From positions 32,001 through 96,000 of the IMG/VR virus record IMGVR_UViG_3300023174_000074: 64,000 nucleotides of DNA; one strand, written 5' to 3'. Made by a program: the position numbers and the translations under genes. This document shows positions 9,410-17,795 of the stretch, in pieces; the stretch's first letter is position 1; each line of letters starts with the position of its first letter. The stretch is from a virus. Under the pieces are notes generated by a model. That model was not told the DNA's origin, made no database searches, and was given only the letters and a program-made list of their open reading frames with translations.

Positions 9410-9793
9410 ATGGAAGAAAAAGATATAACGAGCACGTTTTTAATGAAACAGATCTTAGATGAGCTGAATCATCTTAAAACTAACATGCCTAATGGCGAAC
9501 TTAAGCATCTGCAAACTACCATGGAGGATTTAAAAAAAGATCAAAAATCGATGAAAGATGACATTTCTGATATGAAGAAAAAGCTTCTTGATCCAGAAAC
9601 GGGGGTTATAGTTAAAGTTAACGAAAACACTAAATTTAGATTAGCTGAAGAAAACCGATACGACGATTATATGAAATTTAATATTGATGTCGATTCTCTT
9701 AAGAAATGGCAGGGCGGAGTTAATAAAGCTCTTTGGATTATATTTGGAGCTATATTGGCAATTGCACTAAAAGTTATTTTTGCGGTAGGATAA
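9410..9793 (+). CDS. coiled-coil protein with C-terminal TM helix
   Basis: heptad pattern then ALWIIFGAILAIAL; GATATATA upstream. Confidence 0.65.
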   Translation: MEEKDITSTFLMKQILDELNHLKTNMPNGELKHLQTTMEDLKKDQKSMKDDISDMKKKLLDPETGVIVKVNENTKFRLAEENRYDDYMKFNIDVDSLKKWQGGVNKALWIIFGAILAIALKVIFAVG

Positions 9794-9927
9794 ATTCGAC
9801 CACCATTTATAAACAGCCCTCATGTTAATATATAGTGTGAGGGTTTTTTGTTTATAAAAATACAGATCCTACTATGTCCAGAACCGCTATAATTTAGCAA
9901 ATTAAATAAACATCAGATAATGATCCA

Positions 9928-10113
9928 GTGAAAGAAAATGAGAAAAAAACATATAACAAGAACTTAGAACTTTATTCGTTGATACTAAAAGGGAAAATCA
10001 AGGGTAAGACTGAAATATTAGAGTGTATAAGATTGCTTGAATATTTTGAGGATTATGAAAAATGTGAGCATCTGATTAATGTAATAAAAGAGATAGATAA
10101 TCCAACAACATAA
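9928..10113 (+). CDS. small protein with UVR-like EDYEKC motif
   Basis: 61 aa ORF. Confidence 0.5.
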   Translation: MKENEKKTYNKNLELYSLILKGKIKGKTEILECIRLLEYFEDYEKCEHLINVIKEIDNPTT

Positions 10114-10132
10114 GAAGAACTTGGAAAGAAAA

Positions 10133-10300
10133 ATGGATAGAGTTATATTTGAAAATGCAATAGCTACCATGAAAAAATATGGAGTCGGCAGTATATTGTC
10201 AACAAAGATATATCATTTTAGCATGAAAATGTATTCAAACAGAAGGAAAGAACTAAATGCTTTAAAAAAAGTGTTGCAACAGGAAAATGAAAACGATTAA
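10133..10300 (+). pseudogene. 5' part of interrupted small gene fused in frame to C-terminal remnant of IS607-type TnpA
   Basis: MDRVIFENAIATMKKYGVGSILSTK-IYHFSMKMYSNRRKEL; second half resembles the IS607 serine recombinase C-terminus. Confidence 0.55.
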
Positions 10301-11600
10301 ACTTCCATATAAAACCAGCGAAGATCTAACTTCTGTACTTAAGCAATATTCGTCTATTGTCAGGTATAGTTATAATCGGTTTCTTGAAGGTAAAACCGAA
10401 AAGAATATAAGGGAATTAACCAAATCATTAAATAACATTAATACACTAAACTCTTGGTTAGTTCAATGCGGGATTAAAGAGGCTAAAGCAATACAAACAA
10501 GATTTAAGAATGAAAAAGTTACATTTGGGGGTAAGTTTAATCTTATCAACAGACTTAAAAATAAGATAACTAATGATGAATATCGGCTTAAAAGATTAAG
10601 TCCTATAAACATTCAGGGCGAAGAACTTAAACAGGGGAATCGCTTATTTAAGCTGGATATAATTGAAAATAATCAAATCATTTTTAAATTAAATAGGTTA
10701 ACCCATATAAAATTAGAATTGCCTAATTTAAGAAATAACATAAAGAAAGAATTGTTTAAACTTCAACAACTTAATGAAGTCAAACAAAACCAAAAAGGAT
10801 ATACATATTCGATTAGATTTGACTTAAACAATATCTACATAAGTTTTGAAGAATTTAAAACAGAAAAAGTTAAAATACTAAACGAAAATAGATGCATAGG
10901 TATAGATTTAAACCCAGATACAATAGGAATTTCTATTTTAGATAGGGGAAATGTAATTTATACCCATGAATTTAGCTTGAAACCAATATTTAACAAAATA
11001 TTGAATGAAAAATTAAGCTCTAAATCGGATAGAATGAAGTTTTTTCAGAATAAATTAAAGTTTGAAACATTTGAAATAAGTAAATCGATAACTAAATTAG
11101 CAAAACAATTTAATTGTAAATCTGTTTTTATTGAGGATTTAGATTTTAAAAGTTCTTCAACTATTAAACTATCAAACAGAAAGAATAAAAATCTTTGGAA
11201 AAGAGAATTGTTTATTAATAACTTAACCAAAAGATTAAATATAGAAGGGATTAAACTATATTCAGTTAATCCGGCTTATTCGAGTTTTATCGGGAATTTA
11301 ATGCACGACTATACTGATGCAGTAAATGCTTCAATAGAAATAGCAAGAAGAGGATTTGAATATAGAATAAAGAAAAACAAGACAGGATTTTATCCAAATC
11401 TGTTGGTAAAACACCAATGGAAGGAAATGGCTACCAAATATACAGATTGGAAAAAATTCTTTATTGAAATAAAAAACTTGAAATTGAAATATCGGGTTTC
11501 ATTAGAAGATTGTAAAAAATCATTTAATGTTTTTCAGCAAAATTCAGCATCAAAAAGCATGGTCTTAAATTATGTTTTTTATGATTAACTATTTAATTTA
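10205..11600 (+). mobile_element. degenerate IS607-family element (tnpA remnant + tnpB); ends approximate
   Basis: TnpA tail overlapping tnpB start; flanked by two halves of a small gene. Confidence 0.6.
10287..11588 (+). CDS. tnpB: TnpB-family RNA-guided nuclease (RuvC)
   Basis: RuvC motifs IGIDLNP, FIEDL, VNPAYSS...DAVNASIEIARRG; N-terminal VRYSYNR. Confidence 0.85.
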   Translation: MKTIKLPYKTSEDLTSVLKQYSSIVRYSYNRFLEGKTEKNIRELTKSLNNINTLNSWLVQCGIKEAKAIQTRFKNEKVTFGGKFNLINRLKNKITNDEYRLKRLSPINIQGEELKQGNRLFKLDIIENNQIIFKLNRLTHIKLELPNLRNNIKKELFKLQQLNEVKQNQKGYTYSIRFDLNNIYISFEEFKTEKVKILNENRCIGIDLNPDTIGISILDRGNVIYTHEFSLKPIFNKILNEKLSSKSDRMKFFQNKLKFETFEISKSITKLAKQFNCKSVFIEDLDFKSSSTIKLSNRKNKNLWKRELFINNLTKRLNIEGIKLYSVNPAYSSFIGNLMHDYTDAVNASIEIARRGFEYRIKKNKTGFYPNLLVKHQWKEMATKYTDWKKFFIEIKNLKLKYRVSLEDCKKSFNVFQQNSASKSMVLNYVFYD

Positions 11601-11765
11601 ATGAATTTTGTATTTTATTATGAATCTACAGAGGAATTTGAAAAGTGTACATACATAAAGAAATTCTTTGAAGAGCTAGAAAAAGAGGGCAAAGAATCCA
11701 AAATATATGAAGATATAGCAGGAGCTACAGGAGAAAGTTTTTCAGATAAAGCCTATAATTTTTAA
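11601..11765 (+). pseudogene. 3' part of interrupted small gene (YYESTEEFEKC, UVR-like)
   Basis: motif like neighbouring 9928 ORF, resumes right after tnpB. Confidence 0.5.
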
Positions 11766-11841
11766 TCACTCATTCCTTGTTATATAATCGAAACCTTTGA
11801 TTAAAAAAGAATATAACAAAGAATAAACTTAACACTTGCTA

Positions 11842-13398
11842 ATGAAGTTTGAAGAATTAAACGACGAGCAAATATCTAAAATGTCAGATATTTACTGGAA
11901 TAGAGATTTGACATGGGATCAGAGAATGAAAAGCCTAAGTGATCTTATTGGAAAATCAGAACGAACTATCCAAAATTGGATTTCCAAATTAGGTATAACG
12001 GAAAAAGCATTAACAGAGTCACCGCAGTACATAAGGGCCAAAGAAAAAAAATTCGATAAGAAGAAGAAAAGGTTTATAATTACCTGGGCACAAAATGATA
12101 CTCCTGTTAATGAGGATTTTATACTAAACATAGAGGCTTACGCCAAAGTAATAGATGCAGATATTCACGTTATTGCAGGAAGATATAAAAACCCAACTTC
12201 GGTTTTCTCTGATAAAAGTTACGATGAGTGGTCAAATAGAATCTCAATATATCTTGATGCCAATCGCCACGAGGTTCATAAACATATGTGGATCATGTCA
12301 GATGTTAAAATCCAACCTACCGCAGTAGATCCGATGACAGGATTACAGGGTATGAGTGGAATTAATTCCTGTGTCTTTGGATCACCGAAAGTTCACATGG
12401 AAACAATTCCAGTTCTTGAAGGGAATCTACCTAAGATGATGATGACCACAGGGGCATGTACTCTTAAGAACTACACAGATTCCAAATCAGGAAAGAAAGG
12501 TGAATTCCATCATACACTAGGTTTTGTCGTTGTAGAGATAAAGGATGTGAATATATTTTTTGCCAGACAGGTTACAGCTACGGATAATGGCGATTTCTGT
12601 GATTTATATTACAAAGTTGAGAAGGGTGAGGTTTCTAAAATTAATTCAATTGCAGCTGCTGTACTCGGTGATATTCACTATGGTCAACATGACGAAAGAG
12701 TAATCTCCAAAACACTAGAGCTATTCAAAAATTTAAAACCAGATCATGTAATCCTACATGACGTTTTTGATGGCCTGTCTATTAACCACCACGAATCAAA
12801 AGATCCCTTTATACAATATCAAAGGGAAATAGACGGAACAAATTCACTGAGAGGCGAAGTTGAGGTAATGCTTAATGGATTAAAAAGTTTCGAAGATTAT
12901 AACGTTGTAATAGTTAGAAGTAACCACGACGACTTCTTAGATAGATGGCTAAAAGGAACAGATTGGAGGAAGACTGCCACTATGAAAAATTCCATTGAGT
13001 ACATGGAATATAGCGCATTGCTTCTTAAAGGAGCAGCGCCAAACGGTGTTATCCCATATTTAATAAATCAGGAGTATCCTAAATATAGAACTTTAGGCAG
13101 AAGTGATAGCTTTGTTATTAATGGCTGGGAATTAGCTCAACATGGTGATGTAGGATCAAACGGATCTAGGGGTTCTTTATTACAGTTCAGAAAATTAAAC
13201 ACTAAGATCGTAGTTGGACATTACCATTCGCCAGGAAGAAAGGACGGAGCACTTGCAGTCGGTACTTCAACTAAACTAAGAGTTAACTATAACATTGGAC
13301 CAAGTGGATGGCTTCAGTCGCATGTGATAATCCACCATGATGGTAAAGCTCAGCACATTAGTTTCATCAAAGGTGAATTCACCACGCTTAAATCATAA
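11842..13398 (+). CDS. phage metallophosphoesterase-like protein with N-terminal HTH
   Basis: GDIH, HDVFD, SNHD, HGD, GHYHSP; GKSERTIQNW HTH. Confidence 0.8.
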   Translation: MKFEELNDEQISKMSDIYWNRDLTWDQRMKSLSDLIGKSERTIQNWISKLGITEKALTESPQYIRAKEKKFDKKKKRFIITWAQNDTPVNEDFILNIEAYAKVIDADIHVIAGRYKNPTSVFSDKSYDEWSNRISIYLDANRHEVHKHMWIMSDVKIQPTAVDPMTGLQGMSGINSCVFGSPKVHMETIPVLEGNLPKMMMTTGACTLKNYTDSKSGKKGEFHHTLGFVVVEIKDVNIFFARQVTATDNGDFCDLYYKVEKGEVSKINSIAAAVLGDIHYGQHDERVISKTLELFKNLKPDHVILHDVFDGLSINHHESKDPFIQYQREIDGTNSLRGEVEVMLNGLKSFEDYNVVIVRSNHDDFLDRWLKGTDWRKTATMKNSIEYMEYSALLLKGAAPNGVIPYLINQEYPKYRTLGRSDSFVINGWELAQHGDVGSNGSRGSLLQFRKLNTKIVVGHYHSPGRKDGALAVGTSTKLRVNYNIGPSGWLQSHVIIHHDGKAQHISFIKGEFTTLKS

Positions 13399-13454
13399 AA
13401 AAAGGATCAGATAGATCATAGATAAAATAAAAAAATCAATTAATAATAAAAATA

Positions 13455-14058
13455 ATGATAGAAAATAATAATCCACCTCTTCTACGCGAGCTAAAATTTA
13501 TAGCTGGCGTAGACGAGGTGGGCTGAAGGAAGAGGATGTTTAAGCGGACCTGTTGTTGCTGCGGTAGTTATTATGCCAAAGGATTTTTATGATTCTAGAA
13601 TTAAAGATAGCAAAGCTATCAAAAGTTTAAAGAAAAGAGAAGAGGCAGAAGCTCTAATAAAAGAGTATGCAATATCATGGGGTATAGGTGCTGCATCTCC
13701 ACAGGAGATAGATCAAATGAATATTTTACAAGCCACATTTCTAGCAATGAAAAGAGCTATAGATTCATGTAAGATAGTTCCTGATTTTCTCTATGTTGAC
13801 GGCGATAGATTTCCTGGACATAAAGAAATAAATTATGAATGCGTTATAAAAGGAGACTCTAAGGTTCCTTGCATATCAGCAGCATCAATACTAGCTAAAG
13901 TCCACCGGGATAGACTGATGAAATCAATTAGCCAGGAATTTCCGAATTATTTATGGGAGAAGAACGTTGGATACGGTACTCCAGAACACATCTCAGCAAT
14001 AAAAGAAGTTGGCTTATCTAAGCATCACAGAAAAACATTTTGTCAAAACTTTATATAA
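13455..14058 (+). CDS. rnhB: ribonuclease HII with +1 frameshift / 7-nt insertion at 13521-13527
   Basis: IAGVDEVG then TGA; +1 frame continues GRGCLSGPVVAA, DSK, VDG, KGDS, SAASILAKVHRD. Confidence 0.85.
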
Positions 14059-14059
14059 T

Positions 14060-14344
14060 ATGGAAGATAATGCAATAGAACTAAAAGGAGAAAAAGCTAC
14101 GATAGCAGATCCACACGAAAATTTCAAAGACGCCGAATGGGTTTTCCAATTCGATGACGAAGCTCCGGTGGTATTTGCATGGAGCGACAGCTCAGAAGAA
14201 CCGGGAGATGTTACCATCACACTTAAGCCAAATGTGAAAAGTAGAATTACTTTTACTAATATAGACGGAAATAAGGTAATGAGTCTTTACTCTCGACCGA
14301 TAACAGGGGAAACTGTAAAAATTAGGGAGAGTCAAATAAAATAG
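14060..14344 (+). CDS. hypothetical protein
   Basis: ORF after rnhB. Confidence 0.6.
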   Translation: MEDNAIELKGEKATIADPHENFKDAEWVFQFDDEAPVVFAWSDSSEEPGDVTITLKPNVKSRITFTNIDGNKVMSLYSRPITGETVKIRESQIK

Positions 14345-14354
14345 AGAAGCATTT

Positions 14355-14840
14355 ATGGTATATACAACTAAAAAAATAATGCAGAATTATATTTTAAATG
14401 CGGAGATAATGTCCAATAGAAAATTCACGTCTAGAGAGATGTTGGACATTAAATCAGTAATGGAATTAAGGGAAGATTTCATTATCTTGTATAGCATCTT
14501 TATTGATTGTATGGAATCTAACTTTAATGGATGCTTAGAAATCTATGTTGAGGATCTCGAATTAGACACAGATCTACAAAACGATCTGGAAAAAGTAGTT
14601 AAAGATCTGGATTCAATTATACCAGGTGGTTTATCAAACGATTCAAAAATAGAGTGGACGACAGGAACCCCTGCCATAAACACGGTTTGGTATAAAGATA
14701 ATGGTAATTGGTTCGAAAGAATTTCTGAATCGGAAAGAGAATTCTTTAGTGATTCGAATTTCGAAGACGATGACTATGATAATCCATTTAGAGGTTATAA
14801 TGATCTTTCAAATGGACAAGAAGGAGATGATTTCTGGTAA
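14355..14840 (+). CDS. hypothetical protein, acidic C-terminus
   Basis: ORF. Confidence 0.6.
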   Translation: MVYTTKKIMQNYILNAEIMSNRKFTSREMLDIKSVMELREDFIILYSIFIDCMESNFNGCLEIYVEDLELDTDLQNDLEKVVKDLDSIIPGGLSNDSKIEWTTGTPAINTVWYKDNGNWFERISESEREFFSDSNFEDDDYDNPFRGYNDLSNGQEGDDFW

Positions 14841-14864
14841 TAAACAAGTGATTATATATAAAAC

Positions 14865-14887
14865 GTATTGAAGGGTGCCTTTCGTAC
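14865..14887. repeat. inverted repeat left arm flanking 14965-15774
   Basis: GTATTGAAGGGTGCCTTTCGTAC complementary to 15780-15802. Confidence 0.8.
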
Positions 14888-14964
14888 TTAGTGTCCCGGG
14901 TCAAAATGACCTTAGAGTTGTTAGCAATAGCAGCGATGGGATTTTAAAAAAAAGAAAAAGGTAA

Positions 14965-15774
14965 ATGAAAAACAACACAATCGGAGTACAGAGTACTCCA
15001 AAACCACAAGCTTGGGTAGCCGTATCCAACAACAGACAAAAAATCTACGGCGCAAAGGATGATCTAGTTTATCTAGACAGCGGACAGGAGTTTCAAATCG
15101 AGCTCTATAATCCAACACCAACATCCTATTTAGCTAAAATCTATCTCAATGACAAGGTTATCAGTAACTCGGGTTTAGTACTTAGACCTGGACAAAGATA
15201 CTTCTTGGATCGTTTCATCGATGAGAAGAAGAAATTCTTATTTTCGACTTACGATGTTGATGCTACAGATGAGGTTAAAGAGGCAATTAAAAACAACGGT
15301 AAGGTAAAGGTTGAGTTCTACCCAGAACAAACAAATTACAGTTTCACGCTTTCGACTGGCACAACCTATGTTCCTTACCATCAAACTTGGATAAACAATC
15401 CAGGAACAGTAAATCCAACTATTTTCGGGGGAACTACTGCACCTAATGTTTACTTTACACAAACTTCATCAATCGGGGGTAATCCAATTATCTACTCTTC
15501 TAACAGCTTATCTGGGGTAGTTAACTGCTCAACTGCGGGTTCATTTGAAACTGGTAGAGTAGAAAAAGGTGAAAAATCCGATCAGGACTTTGGAAAAGAT
15601 TCGGGTAGTTACTCCTGGTATTGTTGTTACACATCAGAGTATCAAATTCTTCCGAGATCAGTTAAACCAGTAGAGGTTACTGAGATTAGAGATTATTGTA
15701 CAGTATGTGGAACAAGATCAAAGAAAAAAACATGGAAATTCTGCCCTAACTGTGGCGAATCTCTAGATCAATAA
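14965..15774 (+). CDS. hypothetical protein with C-terminal double zinc ribbon
   Basis: CTVC...WKFCPNCG. Confidence 0.75.
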   Translation: MKNNTIGVQSTPKPQAWVAVSNNRQKIYGAKDDLVYLDSGQEFQIELYNPTPTSYLAKIYLNDKVISNSGLVLRPGQRYFLDRFIDEKKKFLFSTYDVDATDEVKEAIKNNGKVKVEFYPEQTNYSFTLSTGTTYVPYHQTWINNPGTVNPTIFGGTTAPNVYFTQTSSIGGNPIIYSSNSLSGVVNCSTAGSFETGRVEKGEKSDQDFGKDSGSYSWYCCYTSEYQILPRSVKPVEVTEIRDYCTVCGTRSKKKTWKFCPNCGESLDQ

Positions 15775-15779
15775 ATTTC

Positions 15780-15802
15780 GTACAAAGGCACCCATTCAAT
15801 AC
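15780..15802. repeat. inverted repeat right arm followed by T run
   Basis: GTACAAAGGCACCCATTCAATAC-TTTTT. Confidence 0.8.
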
Positions 15803-15856
15803 TTTTTACACGAAATTTTATTTGGCTTTTACAGTAGAACCTATAAATACAAAACA

Positions 15857-17791
15857 TTGAGAGTTTTTTACATTGTACCACATCTGTCTACCGGTGGGAT
15901 GCCTGAGTATCTAAAGAATAAAATAGACAAAATTAAAGACGAAGCGGAAGTTTGGGTGTTTGAACAAAAACACGAAGTTTCTTATATTACCATTAGGAAA
16001 AGAATAGAATCCATAATAGGCCGAGAAAGAATAGTAACCTGGGGAGACAAGCCAGAGGACATCTTGATTAGGGCTATCAAAGAAATGAAGCCTGATATTA
16101 TCCACTTTGAAGAACCCTGTGAGCAATTCTTAAGTCACCATTTGCTGGATATTATATTCTCTGATGATAGAGAATATAAGATATTCGAAACAATGCATGA
16201 CTCGTCAGTTTCATCTAGAGAAAAAATATACCTACCTGATAAATTCATAGTTATTAGTCCTTGGCAGGTTAGTCTTCTAAAAGATCTTAATGTACCGATA
16301 GAGGTTGTCGAGCATGCGATATCCAAGAAACCTGGAAGGGATTACCATGAAAGCAGGGCGAAATTAGGCCTAGATCCCAATAAAAAACACATAATCCAAA
16401 TTGGTATATTTACTCCAAGAAAGAACCAGAGAGAAACTGCTGAACTCGCTAAATTACTACCAGAGATAGAATTCCATTTCATCGGAACCTTAGCCGATAA
16501 CTTTAAATGGTATTGGGAACCGGTTACAAGTAATCTTCCTGCTAATTGTAAAATATGGGGAGAAAGAGATGACGTTGATTTATTCTATCAGGCAGCAGAT
16601 CTTGTTATATTTCCTTCGATACCTTTATTCAATGATAAAGAAACAAGTCCACTCGTTATAAAGGAAGCTATATCTTGGAAATCACCATTGCTTCTAAGGA
16701 ATCTTTCAGTATACGTTGACATGTATCAGGAATCAAACACTCTGAAATTCTTCAGAAGTGAAGATAAGAGTGAAATATTAAACCAGATAAGAGAAATATT
16801 AGAAATCAAAAAAGAATTAAAGATAAGCAATAAGAGCGATATGTTTGTGCATAGATTCTCCCCTGAAAATAATAGAATTGATATAGTTTACATTGGGGAT
16901 AGCAGAAACATAAACGAGATTGAATGTGACGTTTATGTTAAAGACATAGACAGTGGATCTAATATATTCCATTGTGGAATAAGATTTAATCTGGGTGGAT
17001 CGTACTGGATAATTCCCATTCCGATTCACATCTACGATTTCCAAAATAATCCAAACTTTGGAGGATTTCTCATTGAATATAGACAGGAAAACGATGTAAT
17101 CTCTGAATCTGTAATTAGATTCAGAAACGTAAGCAAGAAGATCTGTAGACTTGATACAAAAGATCCAATATTTAGAAACTATGAAGAATTCTTTACCGAT
17201 CGAATATATGGAACTATGACCGACTGTATATCCAGGAAAGGGGTTGCTATAGATGTTGGTGCTAATGTTGGATTGTTTACTGAATTCTGTCTAGACGCAG
17301 GATTTGCAAAAGTTTATTCAATCGAACCAAATCCACTAGCTGCAAATGAATTCAGAAAGATGCACTCCGATAATCCCAATGTTATTTTTGAAGAAATAGC
17401 TTTAACTGGTAACGGAGAGGATGTTAGTCTTAGCGTAGATCCAGGAAACACTCTGGTTTCGAGTATAGCAAAAACAATAAGCAATAATACTGTCTTAGTA
17501 AAATCAGAAACACTGAATTCTCTAATCGAAAGAGTCGGTGAGATAGATTTACTTAAAATCGATATCGAAGGTGCTGAGTATGATTTGCTAGAGGTGACAG
17601 ATATTGGATTGCTAGCTAAAGCTAATAACATAATTTTAGAATTCCATGATAATAATGACGGTAGAGTTAATAAGCTAACAGAGAAATTAATCAGTGCAGA
17701 TTTTGAGGTTAAGCTTTATAATGAATTAATACAGTATGAGGTTGATGACAGCGCAGATCATGGGGTAATATTTGCAAAAAAGAAAATATAA
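15857..17791 (+). CDS. GT4-like glycosyltransferase fused to FkbM-family methyltransferase
   Basis: HLSTGGMP, RKNQ, ETSPLVIKEA; DVGANVG, LKIDIEGAE. Confidence 0.85.
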   Translation: MRVFYIVPHLSTGGMPEYLKNKIDKIKDEAEVWVFEQKHEVSYITIRKRIESIIGRERIVTWGDKPEDILIRAIKEMKPDIIHFEEPCEQFLSHHLLDIIFSDDREYKIFETMHDSSVSSREKIYLPDKFIVISPWQVSLLKDLNVPIEVVEHAISKKPGRDYHESRAKLGLDPNKKHIIQIGIFTPRKNQRETAELAKLLPEIEFHFIGTLADNFKWYWEPVTSNLPANCKIWGERDDVDLFYQAADLVIFPSIPLFNDKETSPLVIKEAISWKSPLLLRNLSVYVDMYQESNTLKFFRSEDKSEILNQIREILEIKKELKISNKSDMFVHRFSPENNRIDIVYIGDSRNINEIECDVYVKDIDSGSNIFHCGIRFNLGGSYWIIPIPIHIYDFQNNPNFGGFLIEYRQENDVISESVIRFRNVSKKICRLDTKDPIFRNYEEFFTDRIYGTMTDCISRKGVAIDVGANVGLFTEFCLDAGFAKVYSIEPNPLAANEFRKMHSDNPNVIFEEIALTGNGEDVSLSVDPGNTLVSSIAKTISNNTVLVKSETLNSLIERVGEIDLLKIDIEGAEYDLLEVTDIGLLAKANNIILEFHDNNDGRVNKLTEKLISADFEVKLYNELIQYEVDDSADHGVIFAKKKI

Positions 17792-17795
17792 AAAA

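Noticed and set aside
10287-11588. Cas12f/Cas14 CRISPR effector
   Set aside because: No CRISPR array nearby, and the TnpA remnant indicates transposon-derived TnpB.
13524-13526. Genome-wide TGA or TAG recoding
   Set aside because: Readthrough would not restore the frame, and other genes are intact under code 11 with normal TGA/TAG stops.
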